Shown here piece after piece: positions 1-7,779 of a stretch of DNA of 59,738 nucleotides. Both the position numbers and the translations under genes were made by a program. This stretch comes from a virus (lineage: Duplodnaviria; Caudoviricetes): the IMG/VR virus record IMGVR_UViG_3300037462_000184, positions 1-59,738 of that record. The stretch is one strand, 5' to 3'. The notes beneath the pieces are model-generated. The model was not told where the DNA came from. It was given only the letters and a program-made list of their open reading frames with translations, and searched no databases. Each line of letters opens with the position of its first letter. The first letter of the stretch is position 1.

Positions 1-420
1 GCACCCGCCCCAGCGCCTGCACCCGCACCCGCACCCGCACCCGCACCCGCACCCGCGCCTGCGACTGCGACTGCGACTGCGACTGCGACTGCGACTGCGA
101 CTGCGACTGCGACTGCGCCTTCGCCTGCGCCTGCGCCTTCGGCCACCGATGACGACGGCCCGCCGTTCGATCTGGCGCCGCCGGCTTCCCCGGCGATCGA
201 TCCGCCTGCGCCCACCCCGGCCCCGGCCCCGGCACCGCAGGCGAGCACTTCCGGCGAGACGATTTCACCCGGCGAGTTGAAGTTCATCCAGAAGAAGGCC
301 GCGAACGCCGGCATGACGCTCGAAGAAGCATGCGCCGCCGTGGGTGTGTCAGACCCGACCCGCATCACGGTAGACGGGTTCGATGCGCTGAAAACCTACT
401 TCGTTGAACGGGGCGTCTGA
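1..420 (+). CDS. 3' end of a protein with a Pro/Ala/Thr-rich linker; probably a phage single-strand annealing recombinase (partial)
   Basis: Frame 1 is open from base 1 to TGA at 418-420: (AP)n(AT)9...DDDGPPFDL...TYFVERGV*. It lies directly upstream of an exonuclease-like gene. Function is inferred from context only. Confidence 0.55.
   Translation, partial: APAPAPAPAPAPAPAPAPAPATATATATATATATATATAPSPAPAPSATDDDGPPFDLAPPASPAIDPPAPTPAPAPAPQASTSGETISPGELKFIQKKAANAGMTLEEACAAVGVSDPTRITVDGFDALKTYFVERGV
19..114 (+). repeat. In-frame hexamer tandem repeats (GCACCC)x6 and (GCGACT)x9
   Basis: Direct reading: 19-54 and 61-114. Confidence 0.95.
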
Positions 421-423
421 TCC

Positions 424-1038
424 ATGGACTACAGCCCGCTCAAGTTTGACGAGGGCACGCACCGGTACTGGCTGGACGGCCGACCGGTGCCCAGCGTGAC
501 GCAGGTTCTGGCGCCTTCGCGCGCTGACCTGCTTGCGATCCCCTCGGACATTCTTGAGCGCAAGCGCGCGCTTGGCGTCGCGGTGCACCGTGCCACGGAG
601 CTGATCGATCTGGGCGAAGAACTCGACCCGGACTCATTGGATGAAACGTGGCTTCCGTACATCGCGGCGTGGCGCAAGTTCCGTGCAGAAGTCGATTTTC
701 AGATCACGCACGTCGAGCGCAAGGTCTGGCACCGGCAGATGCGATACGCCGGCACGCTGGACCGGTTCGGCATCCTTGAAAAGCGCTGGCCGACCGTGAT
801 CGACGTGAAGTGCAGCGCGCAGCTCCACCCAAGCTACGGCCCGCAGCTCGCGGCCTACGCGCGGGGGCATGCGCATATCGAAGAACCTGACCGCGAGATG
901 GAGGTTCGATACCGCCGTTTCGTCGTGCAGCTCAAGCCTGACGGCACCTACCGGATGCCTGAGTACACAAACCCGCTGGACTGGGCTGGATTCGCTGGCC
1001 TGCTGGCATTCAACCAATGGAAAGAGTCGATCCAATGA
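424..1038 (+). CDS. PD-(D/E)XK family phage exonuclease
   Basis: Motifs PSVTQVL, GVAVH, E..V....YAGTLD, IDVKC, QLAAY. Confidence 0.8.
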   Translation: MDYSPLKFDEGTHRYWLDGRPVPSVTQVLAPSRADLLAIPSDILERKRALGVAVHRATELIDLGEELDPDSLDETWLPYIAAWRKFRAEVDFQITHVERKVWHRQMRYAGTLDRFGILEKRWPTVIDVKCSAQLHPSYGPQLAAYARGHAHIEEPDREMEVRYRRFVVQLKPDGTYRMPEYTNPLDWAGFAGLLAFNQWKESIQ

Positions 1039-1913
1039 CCACAGAAACCGCAAGCGCCGCGATCGTTGAAGGCGTGCAGCTCGAAGTCTCCGAGCCGATC
1101 ATCGCCCGCCGGCCGAACGCTCTCGACCTGCAACGCATCGCCAGCACGAACCTGTCCGAGCTGACCGACATGGAAGTCGACAGCCCGGCGATGCGCGCGC
1201 TGGCCCTTGAGAGCGTGCAGACCGTCAAGCGCATGCACAAGCTGCTGACCGAGCAGCAGAAGGAGCTACTGGCACCCTTCAAGTTGGGCGAAGAAGGCAT
1301 TCGCTCACTGTATCGCGAGCCTCTTGCGGTACTGGAAAACGCTGAGCGCATCGGCAAGGCCAAGATTCTGAAGTTCGACCAAGCCGAAGAAGCGAAGGCG
1401 CGCGAGGAACAGCGCCGCCACGAAGAGGCCGCGCGCGCAGAGCGCCAGCGTGCAGAGGAAGCCGCGCGCGTCGAGCAGGAAGAGGCCCGCCGCAAGCAGG
1501 AGCAGGCCAACACCGAAGCGCGGCAGCTTGAAGCGGCCGGCGACTTCGTGACCGCCGCGACGATTCAGAACAACGCGGCCGTGCAGGTTGCCGAGGCCGC
1601 CTCTCGCGCGAACGTGTCACTGCAAACCGCTGCCGCTCTGGCCGCGCCCCTGCCAACCCAGCCCGCCAGCAAGGGCAGCGGTGCGTCCGCTCGAAAGAAG
1701 TGGAAGGCGCGCGTCACGGACAAGCTCAAGCTCGTTCAGTTCGTCGCGGAGAACATCGCCTACCTGCATTTGCTTGAGGTGGACGAGTCTGCGCTGAACA
1801 AAGTCGCCGCCGCGATGCAGGAGAACATGAACGCCGCGATCCCCGGCGTGCTCGCCTACCCCGATGCCACGCTGGCCGTGCGCACCAAGGCCGCCGCCCC
1901 GGCCGCTGCCTGA
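1035..1913 (+). CDS. Coiled-coil phage protein of the recombination module
   Basis: ATGA overlap with the upstream stop puts the start at 1035. Long E/A/R/Q-rich helix and C-terminal IPGVLAY motif. Confidence 0.7.
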   Translation: MTTETASAAIVEGVQLEVSEPIIARRPNALDLQRIASTNLSELTDMEVDSPAMRALALESVQTVKRMHKLLTEQQKELLAPFKLGEEGIRSLYREPLAVLENAERIGKAKILKFDQAEEAKAREEQRRHEEAARAERQRAEEAARVEQEEARRKQEQANTEARQLEAAGDFVTAATIQNNAAVQVAEAASRANVSLQTAAALAAPLPTQPASKGSGASARKKWKARVTDKLKLVQFVAENIAYLHLLEVDESALNKVAAAMQENMNAAIPGVLAYPDATLAVRTKAAAPAAA

Positions 1914-1937
1914 CCACCTCAACTACGGAGCATCAAC

Positions 1938-2696
1938 ATGGCATTCAAAGTCGAAGGCAAGTGCGAGATCGTGCACCTGAACGTCCGCAAACAGGGCGAA
2001 GAGGGCGACAAAGAACTGGCGGTCGATCTGACCCTACTGACACGCATCGATGCCGAGCACGTCAAGCACTTTGACGATCAAGTCGTCGGGTTCCTGTGGA
2101 TGGAAACGACGAAGGCGGTTCGCAATCCCGCCATCGGCGACCTGACGTTCGCGGGCGTGATGATGAACATGGACCTGACGATCGCCGGGATCCGCGCCAC
2201 GGCTGAGCTGTCGAAGTTCTCGATCAGCCCGGCGGACAACTACAAGGCGGACGTGAGGTTCAAAGCCACGTTCAAGCCCACCTCTACGGAGATTGCCACG
2301 CTGGCCGAACTGGTGAGCGAGCAGACCGATATCAAGGTGGACAAGGCCGAGCTGCCGTTGGAGCCCGATGCCGGCGTGGCCCAGTCCACCGCGCGCCCGG
2401 AAGGCGAGCGCAAGCGCGGCGGCAAGTCGAAGAAGCCAACCGGCGAAGTCAGTGCATCCTCGCCGCCCGAAGCGTTTCACGGTGAAGGCGCCGACGACCC
2501 TCTACTCGCGAACGCGCGACGCATCGTTGTCATGCAACAGCGTGCGTCGATCTCGCTTGTGCAGAGGCAACTTCAGATTGGCTACAACCGCGCCGCCCGG
2601 CTGCTCGAAGCCCTTCAGTCGCTTGGAGTTGTAAGCGCCATGGACGAAACCGGCCAGCGCAAGGTCACTGAGACGCTTGAGTCTGCGGGAGCCTGA
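1938..2696 (+). CDS. Phage protein with C-terminal FtsK gamma (winged-helix) domain
   Basis: DPLLANARRIVVMQQRASISLVQRQLQIGYNRAARLLEALQSLGVVS matches the FtsK-gamma signature. No P-loop motor domain. GGAG RBS upstream. Confidence 0.85.
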   Translation: MAFKVEGKCEIVHLNVRKQGEEGDKELAVDLTLLTRIDAEHVKHFDDQVVGFLWMETTKAVRNPAIGDLTFAGVMMNMDLTIAGIRATAELSKFSISPADNYKADVRFKATFKPTSTEIATLAELVSEQTDIKVDKAELPLEPDAGVAQSTARPEGERKRGGKSKKPTGEVSASSPPEAFHGEGADDPLLANARRIVVMQQRASISLVQRQLQIGYNRAARLLEALQSLGVVSAMDETGQRKVTETLESAGA

Positions 2697-2698
2697 AC

Positions 2699-3109
2699 GT
2701 GGCCGACAACAACAACCCGCGCCCCAATTTCGGCGAGATGGTCGCGATGCGCAAGCTCTCGGGCAAGGTGCCGGAAGGCTTCAAGCTGTTTTCGTGGGAA
2801 GTCATCTCCGACGACGCATTGATGTATCGAGGATCGGTGCCCGTCATTGCGACGCGGGGGAAGTACGCCGGCAAGCCTCGCTATGGCAAGGCAACACACA
2901 GCGCCGTTGTCACGCACGAAGAGATTGACCGCGCGCGCGCCGCGTGGGAAGCCGAAACCGGCAAGTGCGGCAAGTGCGGCGGAATCGGGCAGGAGTTCGC
3001 CGGCTGGAGCATCGCCGACGGCGTGCATTACCGGACGTGCAGGGACTGCGGGGGATCCGGCGTGCCGAAGCCCCGCGATGAAGCCGTTACTGGTGAGAGA
3101 ACCATGTAA
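2699..3109 (+). CDS. DnaJ-type CxxCxGxG zinc-finger protein
   Basis: CGKCGGIG and CRDCGGSG motifs; GTG start just after the previous stop. Confidence 0.7.
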   Translation: MADNNNPRPNFGEMVAMRKLSGKVPEGFKLFSWEVISDDALMYRGSVPVIATRGKYAGKPRYGKATHSAVVTHEEIDRARAAWEAETGKCGKCGGIGQEFAGWSIADGVHYRTCRDCGGSGVPKPRDEAVTGERTM

Positions 3110-3445
3110 CCAGAGCGAGCCCTACAAGAAGATTGAACCAAGTAGCTGAAGCGAGCCCGTAGCAACGACCGAACCATGAAACGCGAGCGAGACGGGGCAC
3201 TTGCGAGAACCAAACAACCCGATCGAGTCCTTATCCACGACTGAAACAGGAACAGCGAACGAGCCACTGGGAACGAGAGAACCAAGCAACGTCAGCGAGC
3301 CAATGAATCCGATAGAACCCAGCTTTGAGAGCGAGCCATACAACACGACAGAACCAATTGCGGCGAGCGAGTCAACCTGCACGATCGAACCATAGACATA
3401 GAACGAGTCACACAGTCCGACAGAACCATAGATTGCGAACGATCC
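3077..3445 (+). repeat. TIGR-like dual-repeat guide-RNA array: about 10 units of 36 nt, two alternating ~9-nt repeats and ~9-nt unique spacers
   Basis: GAACC-type motif at 3099, 3135, 3171, 3207, 3243 (GAAAC), 3279, 3315, 3351, 3387, 3423. GAG(C/T)C-type motif at 3117, 3153, 3189 (GAGAC), 3225, 3261, 3297, 3333, 3369, 3405, with degenerate ends at 3081 and 3441. Exact 18-nt phase with no indels. Confidence 0.9.
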
Positions 3446-3474
3446 AACCCACACCCCAACCAGAAGAGAGCACC

Positions 3475-4317
3475 ATGAACACCCAGACCATTGATCCCGT
3501 ACAGCGCCTCACGCGCGACATGAACAAGGCAGCCGCGAAGCTGTCCGACGACGAGGCCCGCTATCTCGTTGACTACTACTACATCTGCCAAGACGATCGG
3601 AAGCGCGCCAACAACCAGACCCGCGCGCTCAGCGAGTCGGGTGAGCCCAACGCCGTTGTGTCGTGGCTGGCCGTGCAGTCCGAGACGCTTGAGAGCCAGA
3701 TCAAGCGCGCGCTGGACACGTACACCGACGAGCACCCGATCGGCCGCTGGCTGAAGTCGAACTACGGCATCGGCCCGGTGATCGCCGCCGGCCTGCTCGC
3801 GCACATCGATATCACGCGCGCCGTGACCGCCGGCCATATCTGGCGCTACGCCGGACTGGACCCGACCCAGAAGTGGGAGAAGGGCCAAAAACGCCCATGG
3901 AACGCGCAGCTCAAGACGCTCTGCTGGAAGGTGGGCCAGAGCTTCATGAAGTTCAGCAACGCCGAAGAGTGCCACTACGGCCGCATCTACCGCGAGCGCA
4001 AGCAGTACGAGCTTGAGCGCAACGAGGCCGGCGGCAACGCCCAGACCGCAGCCGAAGCCGTCACCCGCGTCAGCAAGTCCACGGACGCCTACAAGGCATA
4101 CAGCATCGGCAAGCTGCCGCCGGCACAGATCGATGCCCGCGCGCGCCGCTATGCCGTCAAGCTGTTCCTGAGCCATCTGCACGAGGTCTGGTACCGCTAC
4201 GAGCACGGCACGAACCCGCCCAAGCCCTACGTGCTCGAACACGGCGGCCATGCGCACTACATTCCGCCGTTCGTACCCTTCGCAGAGCAGCCGCGCGCGC
4301 ATGCGAAAGCAGCCTGA
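3475..4317 (+). CDS. tasA: Nop-domain / IS110-like RNA-binding protein with no recognisable nuclease domain (TasA-like), 280 aa
   Basis: Coiled coil (LVDYYYICQDDRKRANNQ), then GIGPVIAAGLLAHI...IWRYAGLDP...WNAQLK...ARRYAVKLFLSHL. No N-terminal DEDD/RuvC or HNH motif seen. ATG 3475 follows a purine-rich RBS, 30 nt after the array. Confidence 0.82.
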   Translation: MNTQTIDPVQRLTRDMNKAAAKLSDDEARYLVDYYYICQDDRKRANNQTRALSESGEPNAVVSWLAVQSETLESQIKRALDTYTDEHPIGRWLKSNYGIGPVIAAGLLAHIDITRAVTAGHIWRYAGLDPTQKWEKGQKRPWNAQLKTLCWKVGQSFMKFSNAEECHYGRIYRERKQYELERNEAGGNAQTAAEAVTRVSKSTDAYKAYSIGKLPPAQIDARARRYAVKLFLSHLHEVWYRYEHGTNPPKPYVLEHGGHAHYIPPFVPFAEQPRAHAKAA

Positions 4318-4564
4318 CGCCACGCCTGAGCAGATCAAGCCGAACGACGATCTCGTACCCTACGAGACGCTCGTTCGGCTGACCGGCAAGCGCCAGCACG
4401 CGGCGCAGGCCCGTTGGCTCAAGGATCGAAAATGGGTGTTCGAGAAGAACGCGCTCGGACACGTTCAAGTCTCGCGTGCGCATTTCGAGCGCCAGATGGG
4501 CGGCACCGCAGCCAAGAAACCTGCCGGCACCACGGAGCCGAACTGGGCAGCTCTCGGAGCATGA
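4301..4564 (+). CDS. Putative excisionase / recombination directionality factor (DUF4224-like)
   Basis: 87 aa, LVRLTGKRQHAAQARWL...PNWAAL, immediately upstream of the integrase. Confidence 0.7.
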   Translation: MRKQPDATPEQIKPNDDLVPYETLVRLTGKRQHAAQARWLKDRKWVFEKNALGHVQVSRAHFERQMGGTAAKKPAGTTEPNWAALGA

Positions 4565-4565
4565 C

Positions 4566-5654
4566 ATGCCAGAGAACAGCGAGGCGCCGGACAAAAAGGC
4601 GCCAGACAGCATCAAGGTCGATCGGCACCTTTACCGGCGGATCCTGAAAGACGGCACGCCGGGCAGGTTTTTCACGGTGATCGCCGGCAAGCGCCATGCG
4701 CTCGGAGCCGACGAAGGCGCGGCACGGCGCCAGCTCGCATTGATGCTGGGACTTGCCGCGCCAGCGCACACGATCAAGTCCATGTGTCTTGCGTACCTTG
4801 AGCACACCCGCACCCTGTTCGCGAACAAGGCGCGCAACTCGATCAGCGCGAGAACGCTCGACGACTACACCTACGCCCTGACCCGGCAGATCATCCCGGT
4901 GTTCGGGGACATGCGGCCAGAGGACTTCAGGCCAAAGCACGGTGCCCAGTATCTCGCCATGGCGCGCAACCCGCCCGATGGCCGCGAGCCTTTCCCTGTC
5001 TCCGCCAATCGCTACCTTGCGGCCCTATCCAGCGCCTTTGTGTACGGGATGGAGCAGGGCATCGTGGAGTCCAACCCGTGCCGGGGCATCCGGCGAAACA
5101 AAGAGCGCCCGCGCACCGACCGCCCGGACGTGGCGACGTTCAACGACTTCATGGGGTACGCGCAGAGCCGGGGCGGTGCACGCTGGATGTGCGCCCTGAT
5201 CGCGGCGGCCGTGGCGCTGTCTGGCCGGCGCCGAGCCGAGCTGCTGCTGATCTCGCGCGCGGACATAGGCGAACACGGGATTCGCGTCATGGATTGCAAG
5301 ACGAAAAGCTGGGAGTCGCCTCGCTCGTACCTGATCCAATGGTCCCCCATGATGCGCACACTGGTGCAGCTCGCCACGGAAGCGGGCAAGGCCAACGGCG
5401 CCACGTCGATCTACCTGTTCCCGCAGAAGAGCGGCGGGCCGTACACGGACGAAGGGTTCAAATCGACTTGGGGGCGGTTGATGATGGAATACAGGGCGTA
5501 CTCAGGAAAGCGGTTCCGCGCGCACGATCTGCGCTCGCTGTACGCGTCCGAGATGCTTGCCGCCAATCGCGACCCCAAGACCCACAAGAACCCGAAAACC
5601 ACGTTCGAGGTTTACAACCGGCAACTAGCCGTGAAGGTCGATCCGCTGGCCTGA
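4566..5654 (+). CDS. int: Tyrosine recombinase (phage integrase)
   Basis: SGRRRAEL (R), KTK (K), HDLR (HxxR), H, and VYNR (Y); NPCRGI motif; next to an attP-like site. Start placed at ATG 4566. Confidence 0.9.
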   Translation: MPENSEAPDKKAPDSIKVDRHLYRRILKDGTPGRFFTVIAGKRHALGADEGAARRQLALMLGLAAPAHTIKSMCLAYLEHTRTLFANKARNSISARTLDDYTYALTRQIIPVFGDMRPEDFRPKHGAQYLAMARNPPDGREPFPVSANRYLAALSSAFVYGMEQGIVESNPCRGIRRNKERPRTDRPDVATFNDFMGYAQSRGGARWMCALIAAAVALSGRRRAELLLISRADIGEHGIRVMDCKTKSWESPRSYLIQWSPMMRTLVQLATEAGKANGATSIYLFPQKSGGPYTDEGFKSTWGRLMMEYRAYSGKRFRAHDLRSLYASEMLAANRDPKTHKNPKTTFEVYNRQLAVKVDPLA

Positions 5655-5714
5655 TCTAGCCCGGCTATACCCCTGTCAAGCCGATTCTTGACGGTAAACC
5701 GGCGGTAAAACGGT

Positions 5715-5743
5715 AAAAAGGCCCGCTCGTGGCGGGCCTTTTT
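5715..5743. terminator. Bidirectional rho-independent terminator
   Basis: AAAAA-GGCCCGC-TCGTG-GCGGGCC-TTTTT. Confidence 0.85.
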
Positions 5744-5765
5744 CCTTCGCTAAGTGCTTGATTTT

Positions 5766-5811
5766 TGGGGTGGCTTAGCGGGCTCGAACCGCCGACCCTC
5801 GGAATCACAAT
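5766..5811 (-). tRNA. 3' half of tRNA-His(GTG), serving as the att core (not a complete tRNA)
   Basis: Minus strand ATTGTGATTCCGAGGGTCGGCGGTTCGAGCCCGCTAAGCCACCCCA: anticodon loop, T-arm, acceptor strand and CCA. The 5' half is absent. Confidence 0.88.
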
Positions 5812-6162
5812 TCCCGGTTCAAGCCTTAAAAATCAACGGGTTACGTGATTTGGCGGTAAAACATCGCAGCAGCTTCGGTCAAGATTAACAATACTTTGGG
5901 GTGTTTGTTTACCTTGATTTTCAGCGCCAGTCCCCGCGTAGCACGTCTCGCAGAATCGACCCGCAGACCATAGCACAGGCAGCCATGACGAGCCCCGCCC
6001 ATGCCACGGCAGGCGCCCAATGGCTACCCGGCAGGGCGCCGCGTGTCGGGCTTGGGGCCGATCCCGAAGCGATAGCGCCGCTCCGCCTCTGCGGTGTCGA
6101 GGATTCGCCTGAACACGTTGTCCTCACGCGTGGGGGGCGTCTGGCGCTGTTCGTCGATCCAG

Positions 6163-6774
6163 TCATTCGGATTGAGGGGCTTCAAGTGGCGTCTGTTCAG
6201 GCGCATCGCTGGGGCTCAGGGGGTTCTTGCACACGTCACGCACGTAGGTCTGTAGTTGCGTGAGCTGGATCACGGCGGCGTCCGCTTCGGCGCCGAGTCG
6301 GGCGAGTTCGGCCTGCCGAGCACCGTCAAGACTGATTCGAGGAATATCGGCGAACGCGGCACCATCAAAGCCGGGGGCGGCGGCGGGATCTGCGCCGGCT
6401 TGGGCGTCACGATCCGCACCGGGGGTTCCGGCTGGGGGGTTGCGCAAGCGCTCAAGAGCATTGCGCAGGCGCCCATCAAGAGCAGCGACTTGCCTCGCAT
6501 GGTCCTCTCCGATCTGCGCCACACGGCGCGAGTTAAACCGCTCTCGTTCGCGAGCGGATTCGCTGTAGCGCAGGCCGGCGACGGCGGCATCTGCGTTGTC
6601 CTTGGCGCGAGCGGCCTTGCAATCGCTGACGGCCTTCTGTGCGGTCGCAACCTGCGCGCGCAGGACTTGCATCTGGAACGCCTGCACACCGATCCCGGCG
6701 AGCAGGATTGCGATGATCGCGAGCCAGAACTTTGTCCCGATCATCGAGAGCAGGCGTGACGCATCAAGGTCCAT
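6163..6774 (-). CDS. Rz-like inner-membrane spanin
   Basis: N-terminal TM helix plus coiled coil, downstream of the endolysin, with an embedded lipoprotein gene. Confidence 0.8.
   Translation of the reverse strand: MDLDASRLLSMIGTKFWLAIIAILLAGIGVQAFQMQVLRAQVATAQKAVSDCKAARAKDNADAAVAGLRYSESARERERFNSRRVAQIGEDHARQVAALDGRLRNALERLRNPPAGTPGADRDAQAGADPAAAPGFDGAAFADIPRISLDGARQAELARLGAEADAAVIQLTQLQTYVRDVCKNPLSPSDAPEQTPLEAPQSE
6270..6500 (-). CDS. Rz1-like outer-membrane lipoprotein spanin embedded in Rz
   Basis: MRGKSLLLMGACAMLLSAC lipobox followed by a Pro-rich mature part, in a different frame from Rz. Confidence 0.8.
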   Translation of the reverse strand: MRGKSLLLMGACAMLLSACATPQPEPPVRIVTPKPAQIPPPPPALMVPRSPIFLESVLTVLGRPNSPDSAPKRTPP

Positions 6775-7426
6775 GGGGCGCTTTCAAATCGAGGAACGGG
6801 GCGTACTTCACCGCCCGCGCTTCCACTTTTCGCGGATATGCGCGATTGATGCTGTACGGACTCTGGCCGCCGTAGCCGGGCATCGGCACGCGACTTTTGA
6901 CGCTGCGCAGCTCGACATGCCCGCGCCACCGCAAGGGGTCGCATCCGGGGATCGCCGCGCACAGCCGGCGATCGGCGAGCACGTGGCCGGCGCCGCCGTT
7001 GTATGCGGCGAGGTGCGCATCGAGCCGATCCTGCGGCGTGGCCCACTCGCCCACTTCGCGATAGACGCTACGGGTCAGCAGGACAACCGCGCGTAGCTGT
7101 AGGCGCGCGTCGAACCGGTTCTCGAACGTCCACTCGCGCAGAGCATCGGCATTGCCCCGGCGGAGCTGCTGGTGCACGTTGAACCGCTCGCTGCCATCCG
7201 GGCGGTAGGCGATCGTGGTCTGCCCGAGCCCGAACCCATACTCTCGCGACGTGCGCAGCTCTGCGCGCGGCGACCAACAGCGCGGATGCCGTAGGGTGAT
7301 GCAGCTCTCTTGCTCGATCAGGCCGCCGAGAATGCGCGGCGCCGGGTGATCAGGCCAGTAGGCGACCTGTTCGGCGCGCAAGACGGGCAGCAGGCCCGGC
7401 GCATTCGGCGGCAGGGCGTCGGTCAT
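6764..7426 (-). CDS. Endolysin, lytic transglycosylase (SLT-like)
   Basis: IEQES, GFGLGQ and AAYNGGAG motifs; located between holin and spanins. Confidence 0.85.
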   Translation of the reverse strand: MTDALPPNAPGLLPVLRAEQVAYWPDHPAPRILGGLIEQESCITLRHPRCWSPRAELRTSREYGFGLGQTTIAYRPDGSERFNVHQQLRRGNADALREWTFENRFDARLQLRAVVLLTRSVYREVGEWATPQDRLDAHLAAYNGGAGHVLADRRLCAAIPGCDPLRWRGHVELRSVKSRVPMPGYGGQSPYSINRAYPRKVEARAVKYAPFLDLKAPHGP

Positions 7427-7767
7427 TGCAGCGAGGCGAGGTGCCAGCCGGCGGCAAGCAGAAGAACGTAGGCAAACAGCCCGATCGCGGCGGCCGTATT
7501 GCCCTTCAAGGCTTCAAGGTACAAGTGGTGCGCACGAAACCACGGCATCAGCAGTCGCAGGGTCCAGCGCAGCAAGGCCGGGACGATGATGAACATGCCG
7601 ACCTTGAACAGAATGGGGGACAAGTCCGGAAGCGCGGCAACGGTTGCCAGCTCAGGCGCGTACTTCATCAGCAGAAAGCCGATTGCGAGCAGGATGACGG
7701 TCCACAACTCGCGGCGCGTGAGTGCGCTCAACTGCTTGGCAAGGGTGATCAGTGCATTGGGTTCCAT
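7423..7767 (-). CDS. Putative holin
   Basis: 114 aa with about 3 hydrophobic helices; ATGA overlap with the endolysin. Confidence 0.7.
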   Translation of the reverse strand: MEPNALITLAKQLSALTRRELWTVILLAIGFLLMKYAPELATVAALPDLSPILFKVGMFIIVPALLRWTLRLLMPWFRAHHLYLEALKGNTAAAIGLFAYVLLLAAGWHLASLQ

Positions 7768-7779
7768 GGCGGACTCCGT

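Larger units (their letters stand above)
5692..5860. other. attP region with CGGTAAA direct repeats (candidate arm sites) and two IHF consensus sites
   Basis: CGGTAAA at 5692, 5703, 5711 and 5854. WATCAANNNNTTR matches at 5751-5763 (-) and 5831-5843 (+) flank the tRNA fragment. Confidence 0.75.

Noticed and set aside
3086-3436. Self-targeting of array spacers within this window
   Set aside because: No convincing bipartite match was found by eye. An exhaustive search was not possible, so this is untested rather than excluded.
3077-3445. CRISPR array
   Set aside because: Repeats and spacers are only about 9 nt, two repeat types alternate, and there are no cas genes.
3122-3454. ORFs 3122-3454 (-), 3201-3395 (+), 3028-3285 (-) and the 50-codon extension of the ORF called from 3325
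   Set aside because: Their 6-residue periodicity is a by-product of the 18-nt DNA repeat. They lack convincing starts, and the RBS and ATG for the real gene are at 3475.
3475-4317. IS110 transposase / insertion sequence
   Set aside because: No DEDD RuvC-like N-terminal domain and no IS ends seen; the gene overlaps xis and sits next to a guide-like array.
5766-5840. Complete tRNA-His gene
   Set aside because: The 5' half (acceptor 5' strand, D-arm, 5' anticodon stem) is missing.
5921-6206. Two overlapping short minus-strand ORFs after Rz (5921-6166 and 6024-6206)
   Set aside because: One may be real, but I cannot choose between them from sequence alone.
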